A stretch of DNA of 64,000 bases, taken from the NCBI RefSeq assembly GCF_009914755.1, contig NC_060934.1; one strand, 5' to 3'. Source of the stretch: the human T2T-CHM13v2.0 reference genome, Homo sapiens. Under the pieces are notes generated by a model. The model saw only the letters and a list, made by a program, of their open reading frames with translations. It was not told where the DNA came from and did not search any database. The translations under genes and the position numbers were made by a program. Below, one piece after another: positions 1 through 23,739 of this stretch (position 1 is the stretch's first letter; every line of letters starts with the position of its first letter).

Positions 1-275
1 AGCTACTTGAGAGGTTGAGGCAGAAAAATCCCTTGAGCCCAGGAGTTGAAGGTTACAGTGAGCTATGATCATACCACTGCACTCCAACCTGGGTGACAGA
101 GAAAGACCCTATCTCTTAAAAAAAAATTAAATTAACTCAAAATGGATCATACACCTAAACATAGTTTTTGTGTTAGCTAAAACTATAAGCCTTATAGTTT
201 TACCCATGCTATCATGGGTTATATATTAACCCATGCTATCATGGGTTAATCTCAGCTGATCTGGATTAACCACAT

Positions 276-779
276 TGTGACGGTTAATTTTAGGTGTTGA
301 CATGACTGGATTAAGAAATACCTACAAAACTGGCAAAACAGTACTTCTGGATGTGTCTGTGAGGGTGTTTCAAGGAGACTGATGTGTGAGTTGCTGCACT
401 GAGTCGGGAAGATGTTCCTCAATGTGGGCAGCCACCATTCAATTGGCTGGGTGTCCAGAGAGAACAAAAAAGGAAGGAAAAGGATTTTCCCTCTCTCTCC
501 TGGAACTGGGACACTCTCCTCTTCCTGCCCCCCGGTTCTCACGACTTCAGCCTCAGACAGAGACTTACATAATTGGTTTCCCTGGTTCTAAGGTCTCTGG
601 ACTTGGACTGGGCCATGCTACCAGCATCTCAGAGTTGCCAGCTTGTAGACAGCCTGTTGTGCGACTTCTCAACCTCTGTAATCAAGTGAGCTAATTCCCC
701 TAACAAACCCCCTCTCATATGTCTATATCTATCGATAGCTCCTATTGATCTGTCTCTCTGTAGAACCCTGACCAATACA
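276..779 (+). mobile_element. MLT2 (HERV-L) solo LTR
   Basis: Begins TGTGACGGTTAATTTTAGGTG and ends GAACCCTGACCAATACA, matching MLT2 termini; perfect 5-bp TSD CACAT at 271-275 and 780-784. Confidence 0.85.
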
Positions 780-784
780 CACAT

Positions 785-1270
785 GCTTATTACAAGGTAT
801 TGACCCTTGGCCAATGCTGTGCAATGGATTAACTAAAGATAAAGATGTTCTATAACTATGAGTCTGTGAGTTGCTTCAGGGCAGGACTACCAGCCTGTCA
901 GCATTGTTCAATAATAATTGAACTCATTATTTGTACCTGGTTTTAGAGGGGTCTGGAAAATTTTGAAAGCTAAAGCTGGTCACAAAGTCGGAACATACCT
1001 ATGTGATCAGCTCACTCTAAGACTTCCACCATGAGCCGACTTCAGGCTTCTTGGGACCGAGGTGCTTCCACACACAGTGTTCAAGGGCAAGATCTGAAAT
1101 CAAAGTGCATCCTATGTGTCCCAGTGTTAAAAATATCTAGATCTCAAAGTCCCTTTAGTGCATAGCCTTCTGCTTTTGCTACTGTGCCTATAAAAAAGCA
1201 CAAGTATAAACCGAGTCCTGCACGTCCTTTCAGCAGCTGAACTCTTAGGGTGATTAATGTGTAATTCACA
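785..1270 (+). mobile_element. Older ERVL-type LTR remnant (MER68/MER77/MER21-like) hosting the MLT2, itself inside an L1
   Basis: Patches such as GCTTATTACAAGGTATTGACCCTTGGCC and AGTATAAACCGAGTCCTG resemble this LTR group; the L1 sequence breaks near 190 and resumes near 1278. Confidence 0.4.
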
Positions 1271-1277
1271 CAAATTC

Positions 1278-5660
<4,383 letters not shown>

Positions 5661-6339
5661 TAAAATTCTTAACATATATTATTTTTAAAATGCTTCTCCA
5701 CCCACTCCTCTCCACCGCTGTACTTCTGTTGCTATCTCAGGCAGTGGTCCATGAAGGCCAGCACCACAAATAAAGCTACAACTGCTCAGTGTTTATGTAA
5801 CACCCAGATAAAACCACCCCCACCCTTCTCCATGTCATCTCAATGTAGTGACATAGCCAAAAGTAACGCAGGTCCAAAACCCTGAGCAGTCATGGAGAGC
5901 TTTGCTTCAAGTTTTCTTGGGAGGACTGTGGAGAGTAGGCTCCCATCTCATGATGCAAAGCAAAACTTCCTGATGTCGTCCTTCCCACCCCCGACCAAAG
6001 CTGCGCTTTAAAGCAGATCCTCCAGTATCTCCTCCCCTCTCCCCATCTGCTTCTCTCCCCCTAAGCTTCCAGCCTTCTCTTCCTCTCCCCTCCCATCCCC
6101 TCCAACAGGACTGCTGGATTTCCGGCAAAAACTCCCAGGTCTGTTCTAACATGGATCAGCCTGGGCTCTTCCCATCTCTGCCCACTCCCACAGCAAAGGC
6201 CCCATAAGGAGCAGCCAAACACTCGCACCTCCTCATGACACAAAGGAAAGGGAAGGCTGTGAACAGCCACTTGCGCTGTAGCATTTTTGTTTCTGTTTTT
6301 TTTTTTAAAAAAAATGGGTAGGCCGGGCACGGTGGCTCA

Positions 6340-8235
<1,896 letters not shown>

Positions 8236-8271
8236 CTTCCAATTTTGGCCGAGTGTGGTGGCTGTCACCTA

Positions 8272-8562
<291 letters not shown>

Positions 8563-10134
8563 CTAAAAAAAAAAGAAAAGAAAAAAAAGAAATCAATGTG
8601 GCTGCTCTCAAAACACCAGATACGTCTATTGAATCATGCATAGAACCTGGGAAAGGGACCTCTGGGTGGATTCCTGAATGCAGTGGACCTACAGTGAGTT
8701 GGGCCTGGGTCAAAACTCTATTGCCTAACTCTCATATAGCCCCAACACTACCAGGGGACCACAGTAAGGCTTTGGGTCCCTGGGTATCAATGCCAAGATG
8801 GATTCTGTGTCTAGCAGCACTTGAAATGTTTAAATTCCTCTTTACCTAGTATGTGGCAACTCTAGTAAATAGCCATAAGTGCCACTGGGGAAGAACTGAG
8901 GAATCATGACCACTCACTCACTGCCGTGAAGGAGTTGTTCCTCCTGGAAACCCAGCCTCTCCTTCAGGCACTGGGGTCTGGTCTGAAGTTTTTCACTGGG
9001 GTAGCTGCCCTCAGCCTCCATCTCCCATCTTGGATTTCTTTTGGTTGTGTAGATTAAGCAATGACTTTGTGGGCTGTTCTCCTCCTTGGCCACAGGAATA
9101 ACCTGCTCAATTCGCCACCTCCACAGCTCTGGGAAGGTCGGATGTCCCTGGCTGCCACAGCAATGTTGGCACCTCTGCTTAGAGAGGGCCATGCTTTCTC
9201 CAAGCCTCCAGGGGCTACACAGGCAGCATGTTGGCCCCACCTCCTGGGCTCTTTCTAGGATGTTATATCCTGTATCTTAGAAGAGTGTTCTCACAGCAGC
9301 CTGGGCAACATAGTGAGACCCCCATCTCTACAAAAAATAGAAAAAGTTAGCCCGTGATGCTGGCACATGCCTGTAGCCCCAGCAACTCAGGAGGCTGAGG
9401 TGGAAGGACTGCTTTGAAGTCAAGGCTGCAGTGAGCCATGATCGCACCACTGCACTCCAGCCTGGGCAACAGAGCAAGACCCTGTCTCAAATAAATAAGT
9501 AAATAAATAAATAAAAATAAACTCTACCTTATCCAACTTTATGTTCTACCCCCTCCCTACCTTGTCCCAGGACCCTCAGGCCTGCCACACACACGTGCAC
9601 ACGCACAACTCTCTCTGACTCGCTCTTCCTAGTCACCTTGGCCAAGTCCTGCAGCTTCTTTAGAATTTGGTCCCTGCCCTTTCTTACTAAGCCCAATGCC
9701 TCCCCAGCCAAGTGTAGTCTCAAGTTCGGGTGTGACCAGGAGCAGGTGGCTGGCCCTGAGGGTGGCCATTGCCTTGCAAGTCAGTGGCGGCTGGGCACCT
9801 GGGTGCTTCCCTTCAGACGAACCCATTCCAAGCTTCAGGGAGCCTCTGTCCCCACAGAGGGAGCTAAACTGACCAGGACTGAGAGTTCATAATTTTCTCT
9901 AATTATGCCCTGGGCTCAATTCTCAGCATTTTTAGCCCTCCAGTAGCAGGAAATAGTCTCTTTAGCTGCAGCCTCAAGGCCCCGTGACCAACACTGTGCT
10001 ATGGTGTGATTGGTGGTGAATCATGCTTAGCCTTTCACTGTCTTTCTCTAACCGATGGTCTCAGCAGCACCCATCCAACTCCAGGCCTTATTGACGTCCA
10101 TCCCCAGGACCTCTCAGAAAACTGAGCTATGGCA

Positions 10135-11110
10135 TGTGGGGAAAAGCAAGAGAGATCAGATTGTTACTGTGTCTGTGTAGAAGGAAGTAGACATAGGAGA
10201 TTCCATTTTGTTCTGTGCCAAGAAAAATTCTTCTGCCTTGAGATTCTGTTAATCTATAACCTTACCCCCAACCCCGTGCTCTCTGAAACATGTGCTGTGT
10301 CAACTCAGAGTTAAATGGATTAAGGGCGGTGCAAGATGTGCTTTGTTAAACAGATGCTTGAAGGCAGCATGCTCCTTAAGAGTCATCACCACTCCCTAAT
10401 CTCAAGTACCCAGGGACACAAAAACTGCGGAAGGCCGGAAGGCCGCAGGGACCTCTGCCTAGGAAAGCCAGGTATTGTCCAAGGTTTCTCCCCATGTGAT
10501 AGTCTGAAATATGGCCTCGTGGGAAGGGAAAGACCTGACTGTCCCCCAGCCCGACACCCGTAAAGGGTCTGTGCTGAGGAGGATTAGTAAAAGAGGAAGG
10601 AATGCCTCTTGCAGTTGAGACAAGAGGAAGGCAGCTGTCTCCTGCCTGTCCCCGGGCAATGGAATGTCTCGGTATAAAACCCGATTGTAATGCTCCATCT
10701 ACTGAGATAGGGAAAAACCGCCTTAGGGCTGGAGGTGGGACCTGCGGGCAGCAATACTGCTTGTAAAGCATTGAGATGTTTATGTGTATGCATATCTAAA
10801 AGCACAGCACTTAATCCTTTACATTGTCTATGATGCAAAGACCTTTGTTCACGTGTTTGTCTGCTGACCCTCTCCCCACAATTGTCTTGTGACCCTGACA
10901 CATCCCCCTCTTTGAGAAACACCCACGAATGATCAATAAATACTAAGGGAACGCAGAGGCTGGCGGGATCCTCCATATGCTGAACGCTGGTTCCCCGGGT
11001 CCCCTTATTTCTTTCTCTATACTTTGTCTCTGTGTCTTTTTCTTTCCTAAGTCTCTCGTTCCACCTTACGAGAAACACCCAAAGGTGTGGAGGGGCAACC
11101 CACCCCTACA
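10135..11110 (+). mobile_element. Solo HERV-K(HML-2) LTR, LTR5_Hs-like
   Basis: 976 bp from TGTGGGGAAAAGCAAGAGAG to CACCCCTACA; TATAAAA near 10673, AATAAA near 10935; flanks TGGCA / TGGCG (5-bp TSD with one CpG-type change). Confidence 0.93.
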
Positions 11111-12850
11111 TGGCGTCCCCAGTGCACATTCTCCCATTCTAATTCACCAACTGTGGAGGTTCTAAGTTCTAACAATTTCGCCTGCTTCAGCATGCCAGGG
11201 GCGTCAACCTGCCACCCACCACCAGGGTTAGCGCCAGCAGTGATGTGAAGCAGCTCGCACATCCCACGTGGAGCCTGCTTCCTCCACCTGCCCTGGAACC
11301 AAGCCCCTAGGTCAGGTTCTCTGGAAAACTCGAACTGGTCCTGTGCAGGCAGGAGCCACCCCCATGGTAGAGTGAAGGAGACAGGATGCCACAACGGAGG
11401 CCTCGCCCGATCCCTGGGGGAGCTCTGGTGCTGGGATGGCTGGTCAGGGACATCCTGCCTTGAGGCAAGGGAACTCTGCCCTTCCAGGCTACTGGAGGTG
11501 CCAAGATACCAAAAGGAGGGGCATGACCATGGGCCGCGGGTAATTCCTGCAGGGGACTCAGCTGAGAGCCACCAGTAGCCACTCTTCCCAGTGGCTGTGG
11601 GACCGAGTGCCTCAGTCCTGAGAGGATCTTGCCCATGGGCACAGAGTGCCAGAGACCTTGGAAAGTCCCTCTGAGCACGACTCCTCTGTGCCTAACCCTG
11701 AGCAGCTCCAGGGCTCCACCCTAAACTGTGTATTGCTTTGGACGTGCCAGCAGTTCCAAATCCTGGGGGGCCAGCCGGGCAGACAGCATCTGGTGTGGAG
11801 AGAACAAAGAGTGAAGCTGACTGAGCACACGGTGGATTTGAACTGTTGCATGGGCGGGAGGTGGGGTGGATGAGACAGGGAGGGGTCAGGGGGATGCTAT
11901 GGCTGGAGCTGAGGTGCTGGACATTATGAGGGGAAGAGGAGGCCATGGGGGAGGTTTTCTGGTGGGGACCAGACATGGCTAGAGCAGTGCTTGAGAAAAT
12001 TCCATCCAACAGAATGGATGTTAAGAGGGGATAATTTTGCATTCCCTGAGCTTTGGCTGTACCAGTGGGGGCAAAAAACCGCTCCAACCTCCAGGAGTGT
12101 CAGGAGAGCGACACAGGCACACAAGAGGCAGAAAGGCCTGTACGAGGCCAAGTGCCAGCTAGCTGAGGTCCGAGGCAGGGCCACGTGGAGGGGACCTGCA
12201 GGGCTTCCTGGCTAGTGTGTCCAGGGGGCCCTGCCCGAGGGCTGTCCAGTGGGGAGGCGTTGGCCTCATCTCCAACTGTCAGGAAGGGAATGTGACTCTC
12301 CAGGAGGAGGAGACTGGCCCAAAGCCACGCAGCCATGCAGCGGTGGGGTCAGGACCTGCATCTGAGTCGGCACTAGAACCACCTCCTTAACCACCAGTCC
12401 ACACTGCCCACATTGAGGTGGTCAGGAGGTCAGGAACGAGGAGCACCAAGGAGCAGCCTTGACAAAACGGCCCACAGAGATGCCAGGGCTAGGAACCACA
12501 CTGCTGCAAGAGGACAGAAGGGGAGATGCACGCTGGGAACAGACACTCAGGACGGAAATGTGTCAAGAAGGAAAGAAGAATGCACACGGCAGCCTGAGGG
12601 GCTGGCAGTGTCCGACGGGGCTTGTTACAGAAGTGGGGAGAGAGTCCACGCCAGAGGGGCTGGTGGGGCAGGGGAGGACAATGGGCTTCAGAGGGGCCGT
12701 GTGTGTATGGAGGAGAGTCATAAAGACAGGAAGAAAGCCAAGGGGAGGAGCCCCACGGAGAAATAAGACGGGAAATTCATTCAGGGTGGGGTAGGAGAGG
12801 GTCAGGGAGAGAGGGAGGACTCCTTTCTGCTTTGGGGTAGAAACGATTAG

Positions 12851-12991
<141 letters not shown>

Positions 12992-13319
12992 TGAGTAGCT
13001 GGGATTTACAGGCATCCACCACCATGCCCAGCTAATTTTTTGTTTTTTTAGTAGAGACAGGGTTTCACCATGTTGCCCAGCCTGGTCTCAAACTCCTGAG
13101 CTCAGGCAACCTGCCTGCCTCTGTCCCAAAAAGTACTAGGATTACAGGCGTAAGCCACCACGCCCAGCCTACGATTAGAGTTTTTTTAAGTGCTGGGGTA
13201 GGAGGCAGTAGACAGGAGCCCCGGCCATGGGAGAGGCTGGCCTGGGGCATTGTGTGGGGCAGTGAAAATGCTACGGGTAGAATTAGGCGGGAAGGAAGAG
13301 GAGTGTGGCAGAATTCCAT

Positions 13320-14720
<1,401 letters not shown>

Positions 14721-14725
14721 GAACC

Positions 14726-14850
14726 GTGCTGTATGGAGGGAAAGAAGGTTGGCATTCCCCTTGACAGGGATGGAAGAGGCCCTCAGGCCTGACAACACAC
14801 ACAGGGTTAAGGTGCTCCCACCTACTTCTGGCGTCTAACCCTCGTTTTTT
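14726..14850 (+). pseudogene. RNU6ATAC11P: U6atac snRNA retro-pseudogene (full length, about 125 nt)
   Basis: Colinear with U6atac: GTGCTGTATG...GAAGGTTGGCATTCCCCTTGACAGGGATGGAAGAGGCCCTCAGGCCTGACAACAC...CCACCTACTTCTGGCGTCTAACCCTCGTTTTTT. The symbol is recalled from the locus and is less certain than the family call. Confidence 0.88.
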
Positions 14851-15269
14851 AAATTTTTTTTTTTTTTTATATGAGGAGCATTTGGGAACCGTGTGCCTTC
14901 AGGAAGAAGGGATGAGGTCACCAATGGGAGTGGATGTTTTAGAGACAATTTCCAACCCTGACAATCCCAGTGCAGTGGCCCGATCTCAGCTCACTGCAAC
15001 CTCCGCCTCCCAGGTTCAAGCGATTCTCCTGCCTCGGCCTCCTGAGTAGCTGGGATTGCAGGCGTCCGCCACCAAGTCGGGCTAATTTTTGTATTTTTAG
15101 TAGAGACAAGGTTTCACCATTTTGGCCAGGCCAATCTCGAACTCCTGACCTCAAGTGATCCGTCCGCCTTGGTCTCCCAAAGTGCTGGGATTACAGGCGT
15201 GAGCCATGGCGCCCAGCCTTTAAATCTTTTAAAAACTAAAAATTAAAAAAGAGAAAGAGAAAAAATCAG

Positions 15270-16150
15270 CATGTTTCCCCGCGGGGGGCACCGTCTCCGT
15301 ACCCCCGGGAGACGCGCAGGAAGGACATCCTGGAGTGAGGAGACTGGGGAGACCTGAAGGAGTGGAGGGCAGGGAGGGAGGGAGGCTGCGCGGACGGTGG
15401 CGCGAGCAGCTCACCGCGTGGTGCACAGGACGCCGGGCTGGGCCGGAGCCAGAGGCAGGAAGGTGGGCAGAGGCTGCAGCGGGCGAGTAGGAGCGCTCCT
15501 GATGGCTGCTCTCAGGAGAAACCAAGGCCGAGTGTGCAGAGTCGGGCAGGAAAACGCCTTGAGAGAGTGGCTGACGCAAGCCAGCAGAGGGTGTCAGGGA
15601 CAGCGTGTGCGGGCTGCCATGCGCTCGGGTGCTGCGCAGGGTGGAGTCCTGGGGCTTGGCCCATGGAGTGGTGTCGCGCCCAGGGTTAAGGGGGTGCAGG
15701 CGGTGAGAGCAACGGAGCCCAGGCTGGTCCGGCCCTGCCAGGCTAAGCTCGGGGGCTCCCCCCCTGTCCCCCCAGTGCCTGCTGCGCTGGGCCCAGGCCG
15801 CCCGTGCCCTGCCAGGCCCTCCGGCCCCCCACCTTCCACCCCAGGGCCTGCTCCTCACCCCAGGGTTCCATCTCCCTAGTTTCCACCAGAGACTGGGTAC
15901 GTGGGGGCGCTGGCAAGGCGAAGGAGGAGGCCTGTTTATCGTCACCATGGAGACGGTGGCGGGGTGGGTCACCAGGCTTGGTGGGCCCGGGGCGAGGCCG
16001 GGGAGAGGCTGCTTTGCCCCCAGCCCTCCCTTCTCCTACCCCCACCCCTTGTCCTGGGCCCGCCAGGCCCGTGAGCCCGCTTCAGGAGGAGCGCATACCC
16101 GGCTCCGACCTGCAGAACCGCCAGGGGATAGAGTGCGGTCTGTGATAATT
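15270..16150. promoter_or_regulatory. CpG island / GC-rich element with no associated gene in the window
   Basis: High GC and CpG density outside any repeat; many G-runs. Confidence 0.6.
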
Positions 16151-16438
16151 AACACAGAAAATTAACACATCTTATTCTAGTTTATTTCTGTGCTCATGTA
16201 AATAGTGAATGATTTAGAATCCTACCACAGTGTGACAGTGTCCGCTTTCACACCCTCGGCTGGTTCTGACGCACTCCCGGCGTAGGAAGTTCTGGTGGGT
16301 GCCAGATGGTTCTGAGTTAACCTTTTCCAGTTGGTGGCACTTTGTCCCCGATCTCATTTCACCCTCAGGACAGTGCTGTGGAGGGGTCGCTAAGAGTCCG
16401 AATCAGCAGGTGGGCACTGGTAATAATACCAGTAATAA

Positions 16439-16615
<177 letters not shown>

Positions 16616-17499
16616 TAAGTAGCTGGGACCACAGGCAGGCACCGCTGTCTAACTAATTTTTGTATTCTTTCTAGAGATAGGGTTCCGAGATATTGCCCAG
16701 TCTTAAACCCCGGACTCAAGCAATGCGCCCCTCTCGGCCTCCAAAGTACTGGGATTACAGGCGTGAGCCACCAAATCCGGCCTATTATGTCATTTTTACA
16801 GTTGCCATTTTCCCCCAAATGTATAGAAAACAATGTGCCTCATATTTCACAAATGTTGGTATCTTCCCAGCACCGTGAGCAGGGCACTGTCCACAGTGGG
16901 TCAGGCTGAGTTGGTCCCCGCAGCACTGATTCTGTTGACCCTAATGGCAGCAAGCAGAGGGCAGTTTATTGGTGTCTGGCCCTCTGTGTCCCTAATAGAA
17001 GCCCCTGCAAGCTGCACCCTTCCATTCCAAGGCTCTGGGCCTCTGGAGGTGGAGTTCTCTCAGCTGGCCCCGGGAGACAGCGCAGTGGCCAGAGCTCTGG
17101 CTCATCAGGTCAGGGAAAGAAAATCACCCTCAGAATCTCTCATCTCTGGCCAGCGTTCTTCCTGGTGACTGAGTCACAACTGTCCTGTTCCCCATGGGTG
17201 TGGTCATGGCATAGTGCCTATGGGTGGTTTTTCCTCTGGAGTCTCCCCAGGACTCTTGTGACCCAGAAGTGCACATCACACGCGTGCTGTGCACAGGCCC
17301 CTCGTCCTCAGTGGCACCCTGAGATCAGGCAATGGGCAGGCGTTTATAAATGTGCAGCTGCTCCAACCCGGCACCAGAATGGCTGTGGTGTGTGTGAGGC
17401 ACTGCTCCTTCCAAGAGCTTTCAGATTTGGGGTGAGGTGTACAGAGGAAGCAGCCACCTGTCACAGAAGACAGAGTAGTAAAGTTAAGAGAAAAGTGTG

Positions 17500-20850
<3,351 letters not shown>

Positions 20851-21581
20851 ACACATTTCTTGATAGATAAGATACATAAAGTTATTCAATAAATGTATAT
20901 CCAGATACTTAATGGTTAGGGAAGCTTAGTTAAGGCACCTGGACACCAGGAAAACATGCTTTTCCCACCAAAAGCTCCAGATGGTCCTGTCCGGTCCTGT
21001 CCAGTCCTGTATCAAGATGCCAGTGGGGAAACTGAGTGCCTGTTGAGGCAGGCACCCAGGAGGCAGCACAGCCAGTGAGGAGAAGGGAAGGGATATACAG
21101 GAATGTGAAGTTTATGGTATTCGAGGTGCACTGAGCACGCTGTGTACGAAGGGCTGGCCTAAGCCCTGCAGGGGCGTTATTCATCTCATCTTCTCTACCC
21201 TGAGATGGATGATACCATCATCCCCAAGTTATAGTAGAGGAAACCAGGGCCCAACAAAGAAAAGCTGCCACACCAGCAACTTTATAAATCTTTACAATGA
21301 TGTGAGAATTTGTGGGCTAGCCAGATTTTTAAAGAAAACTTCAAGTTTGAGCAAATTTGCAGACACTCAAAATCTACTCTCCCTAACCTGGAAGTGTCTC
21401 TGCAAAAATAAAAACAAATAAAAAGTAAAATGTCATGACAATTAGTGGACTAGTCCGGATTTTTAAAGAAAACTTCAGGCTTGAGCAAACTTGCAGACAC
21501 CCAAAATCTACTTCCTGTATCCTGAGAGTCTGCACCAGGGAGAGCAGTGGGGAGGGTGGAACTGATGCCGAACTGTCCTAG

Positions 21582-21599
21582 ACCGCCCCCTTCTGGCCA
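21582..21599 (-). promoter_or_regulatory. CTCF-type motif
   Basis: Minus strand reads TGGCCAGAAGGGGGCGGT, close to the CTCF consensus; a second weaker match (CCAAGAGAGGGCGG) lies near 21635-21648. Confidence 0.55.
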
Positions 21600-22364
21600 G
21601 AGGAGGTGGGCTCAGCTGTCTCCATGAACAAAAACCGCCCTCTCTTGGCTAGAGGCAGAGGCCAGTCCTCAATAAGGGCCCTGTGTGTGTGTGACAAGAT
21701 GCACTAACCACTCGCTTCGTGCCTAGTGGGGCTGTGGCCAGGGTGGGGCGTTGCTGGCTTGGCCTGGAGAGGGGACACAAAGGGACACATCTGAAGCCAC
21801 AGAAATTTCAGAAACAAGCAAATGCAGGGTCACTGGGAGACACCTGGACACTGCAAAGATGCAGAGATAAAGAAGGAAACAACAGTTCAGCAGAGGGAGA
21901 GAGAGAGATGGAGCAAGGACAGGGAGAGAGACACCCAGAGAGAGATAGAGAGACTCTCCCAGACAATACCAACCAAGCCAGAGAGATGCGGAAGGACTGA
22001 GATACACAGAAGCCGTCCCCGCCCCGGCCCTGCACCCCAAGACATGGTGGAAAATGAAGCATCTTCTCTGACCTGAGCTGAGACAGGCAGGGAGCCCCTA
22101 GCAGGAAGAGCTCTTCCCTTCCCCATCATGTGGTGTCTAGACAGTCTTCCCGCCCCAGCCCAACACCCGATTTCAGAAGCTCCCAGGAGCTCTGCATCCT
22201 AGTCCTCCGGGATTTGTTGGTACAAATGGGCTTGCTGTGGGTCTTTCCCCAGGATGGGCTAGGACTCTGTCTGTGGCAGCAGGCCCAGTTTCCCAGCTTC
22301 CTAAATTCCACTGCCATGTCTCTTTGCCTGTCTCATTCTCCTGGTGAGTATGCTTGCCTTTTCA

Positions 22365-22773
<409 letters not shown>

Positions 22774-23739
22774 CTAATCCCAACACTGAGAGGCTGAGAT
22801 AGGGGGATCACTTGAGGCCAAAAGTTTGAGGCCAGGTTGGGCAACAAAGTGAGACCCTGTCTCTGTAAAAATACAAATTAAAGAACTGTGACTTGGAGAT
22901 GCCAGTGACTCTTCCTGGGCTTTGATGAAGACCCCTTCCTGGCTGAGGAACAGAACCTGTCCCAACCTGCCTGGACCAGCCCTGGGGCCTCATCTGGCCC
23001 CCACCCAGTGGCCAAGGCTTTATTATCAGAACCAGGACTGCCTCCTCATGAGTGCAGCCTCCTGAAGATGGCTGGGAAGTCCATCAGTTGAAGGCCTGGG
23101 GAAGGAGGAGATGTGAACTCCTCCTCAGTCAGGAGATGACATTTACCTGCAATCTTCCTCTTATCTTCCCCCACCCGTAGGCCACATTCAGCATTCTTCA
23201 ACAAACACTCTGTTGCCTGTGCCCAGAGACCCAGATGCTGGAACCTGACCGCCCGGATCTAATTCTAGTCCCACCACTTACCAGCTGGCTGACTTGGCAG
23301 GCAACTTCACCTGTTGTGCTTCCGTTTTCCATAGATAAGATGGAATCTGGCTAACATCAACGTCACTGAGCAGGCTGGGTGCAGCAACTCACGCCTGTAA
23401 TTCCAGCACTTTGGGAGGCTGAGGAGGTGGGAGGATCACTTGAGCCAAGGAATTTGAGTCCAGCCTGGGTAACATAGCAAGACACCCCCCAATAAAGAAT
23501 CGAGCCTGCCCAGCCTATGGGTGCTGATTGCTCCAAACAATCCCTGCATTCCCCCATGAAGTCCAGGCTGCCCGAACCATGGCCAGTAATACTGGAGAAC
23601 AACCCCTCCAACCGAGCTGCCCAAACTGGCTGCCAATCCGCAAGAACGGCCCCTTATCCAGCCTGCACCCCCACCCTCTCCATGGCTGCTAATCCTGGAA
23701 ACAATCCCTCTATTCCCACTTCAGAAGCTGGCTGCGCCT

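Noticed and set aside
15229-15972. 247-aa minus-strand ORF
   Set aside because: Low-complexity P/R/G/S peptide expected from GC-rich DNA; no domain motifs or splice support seen.
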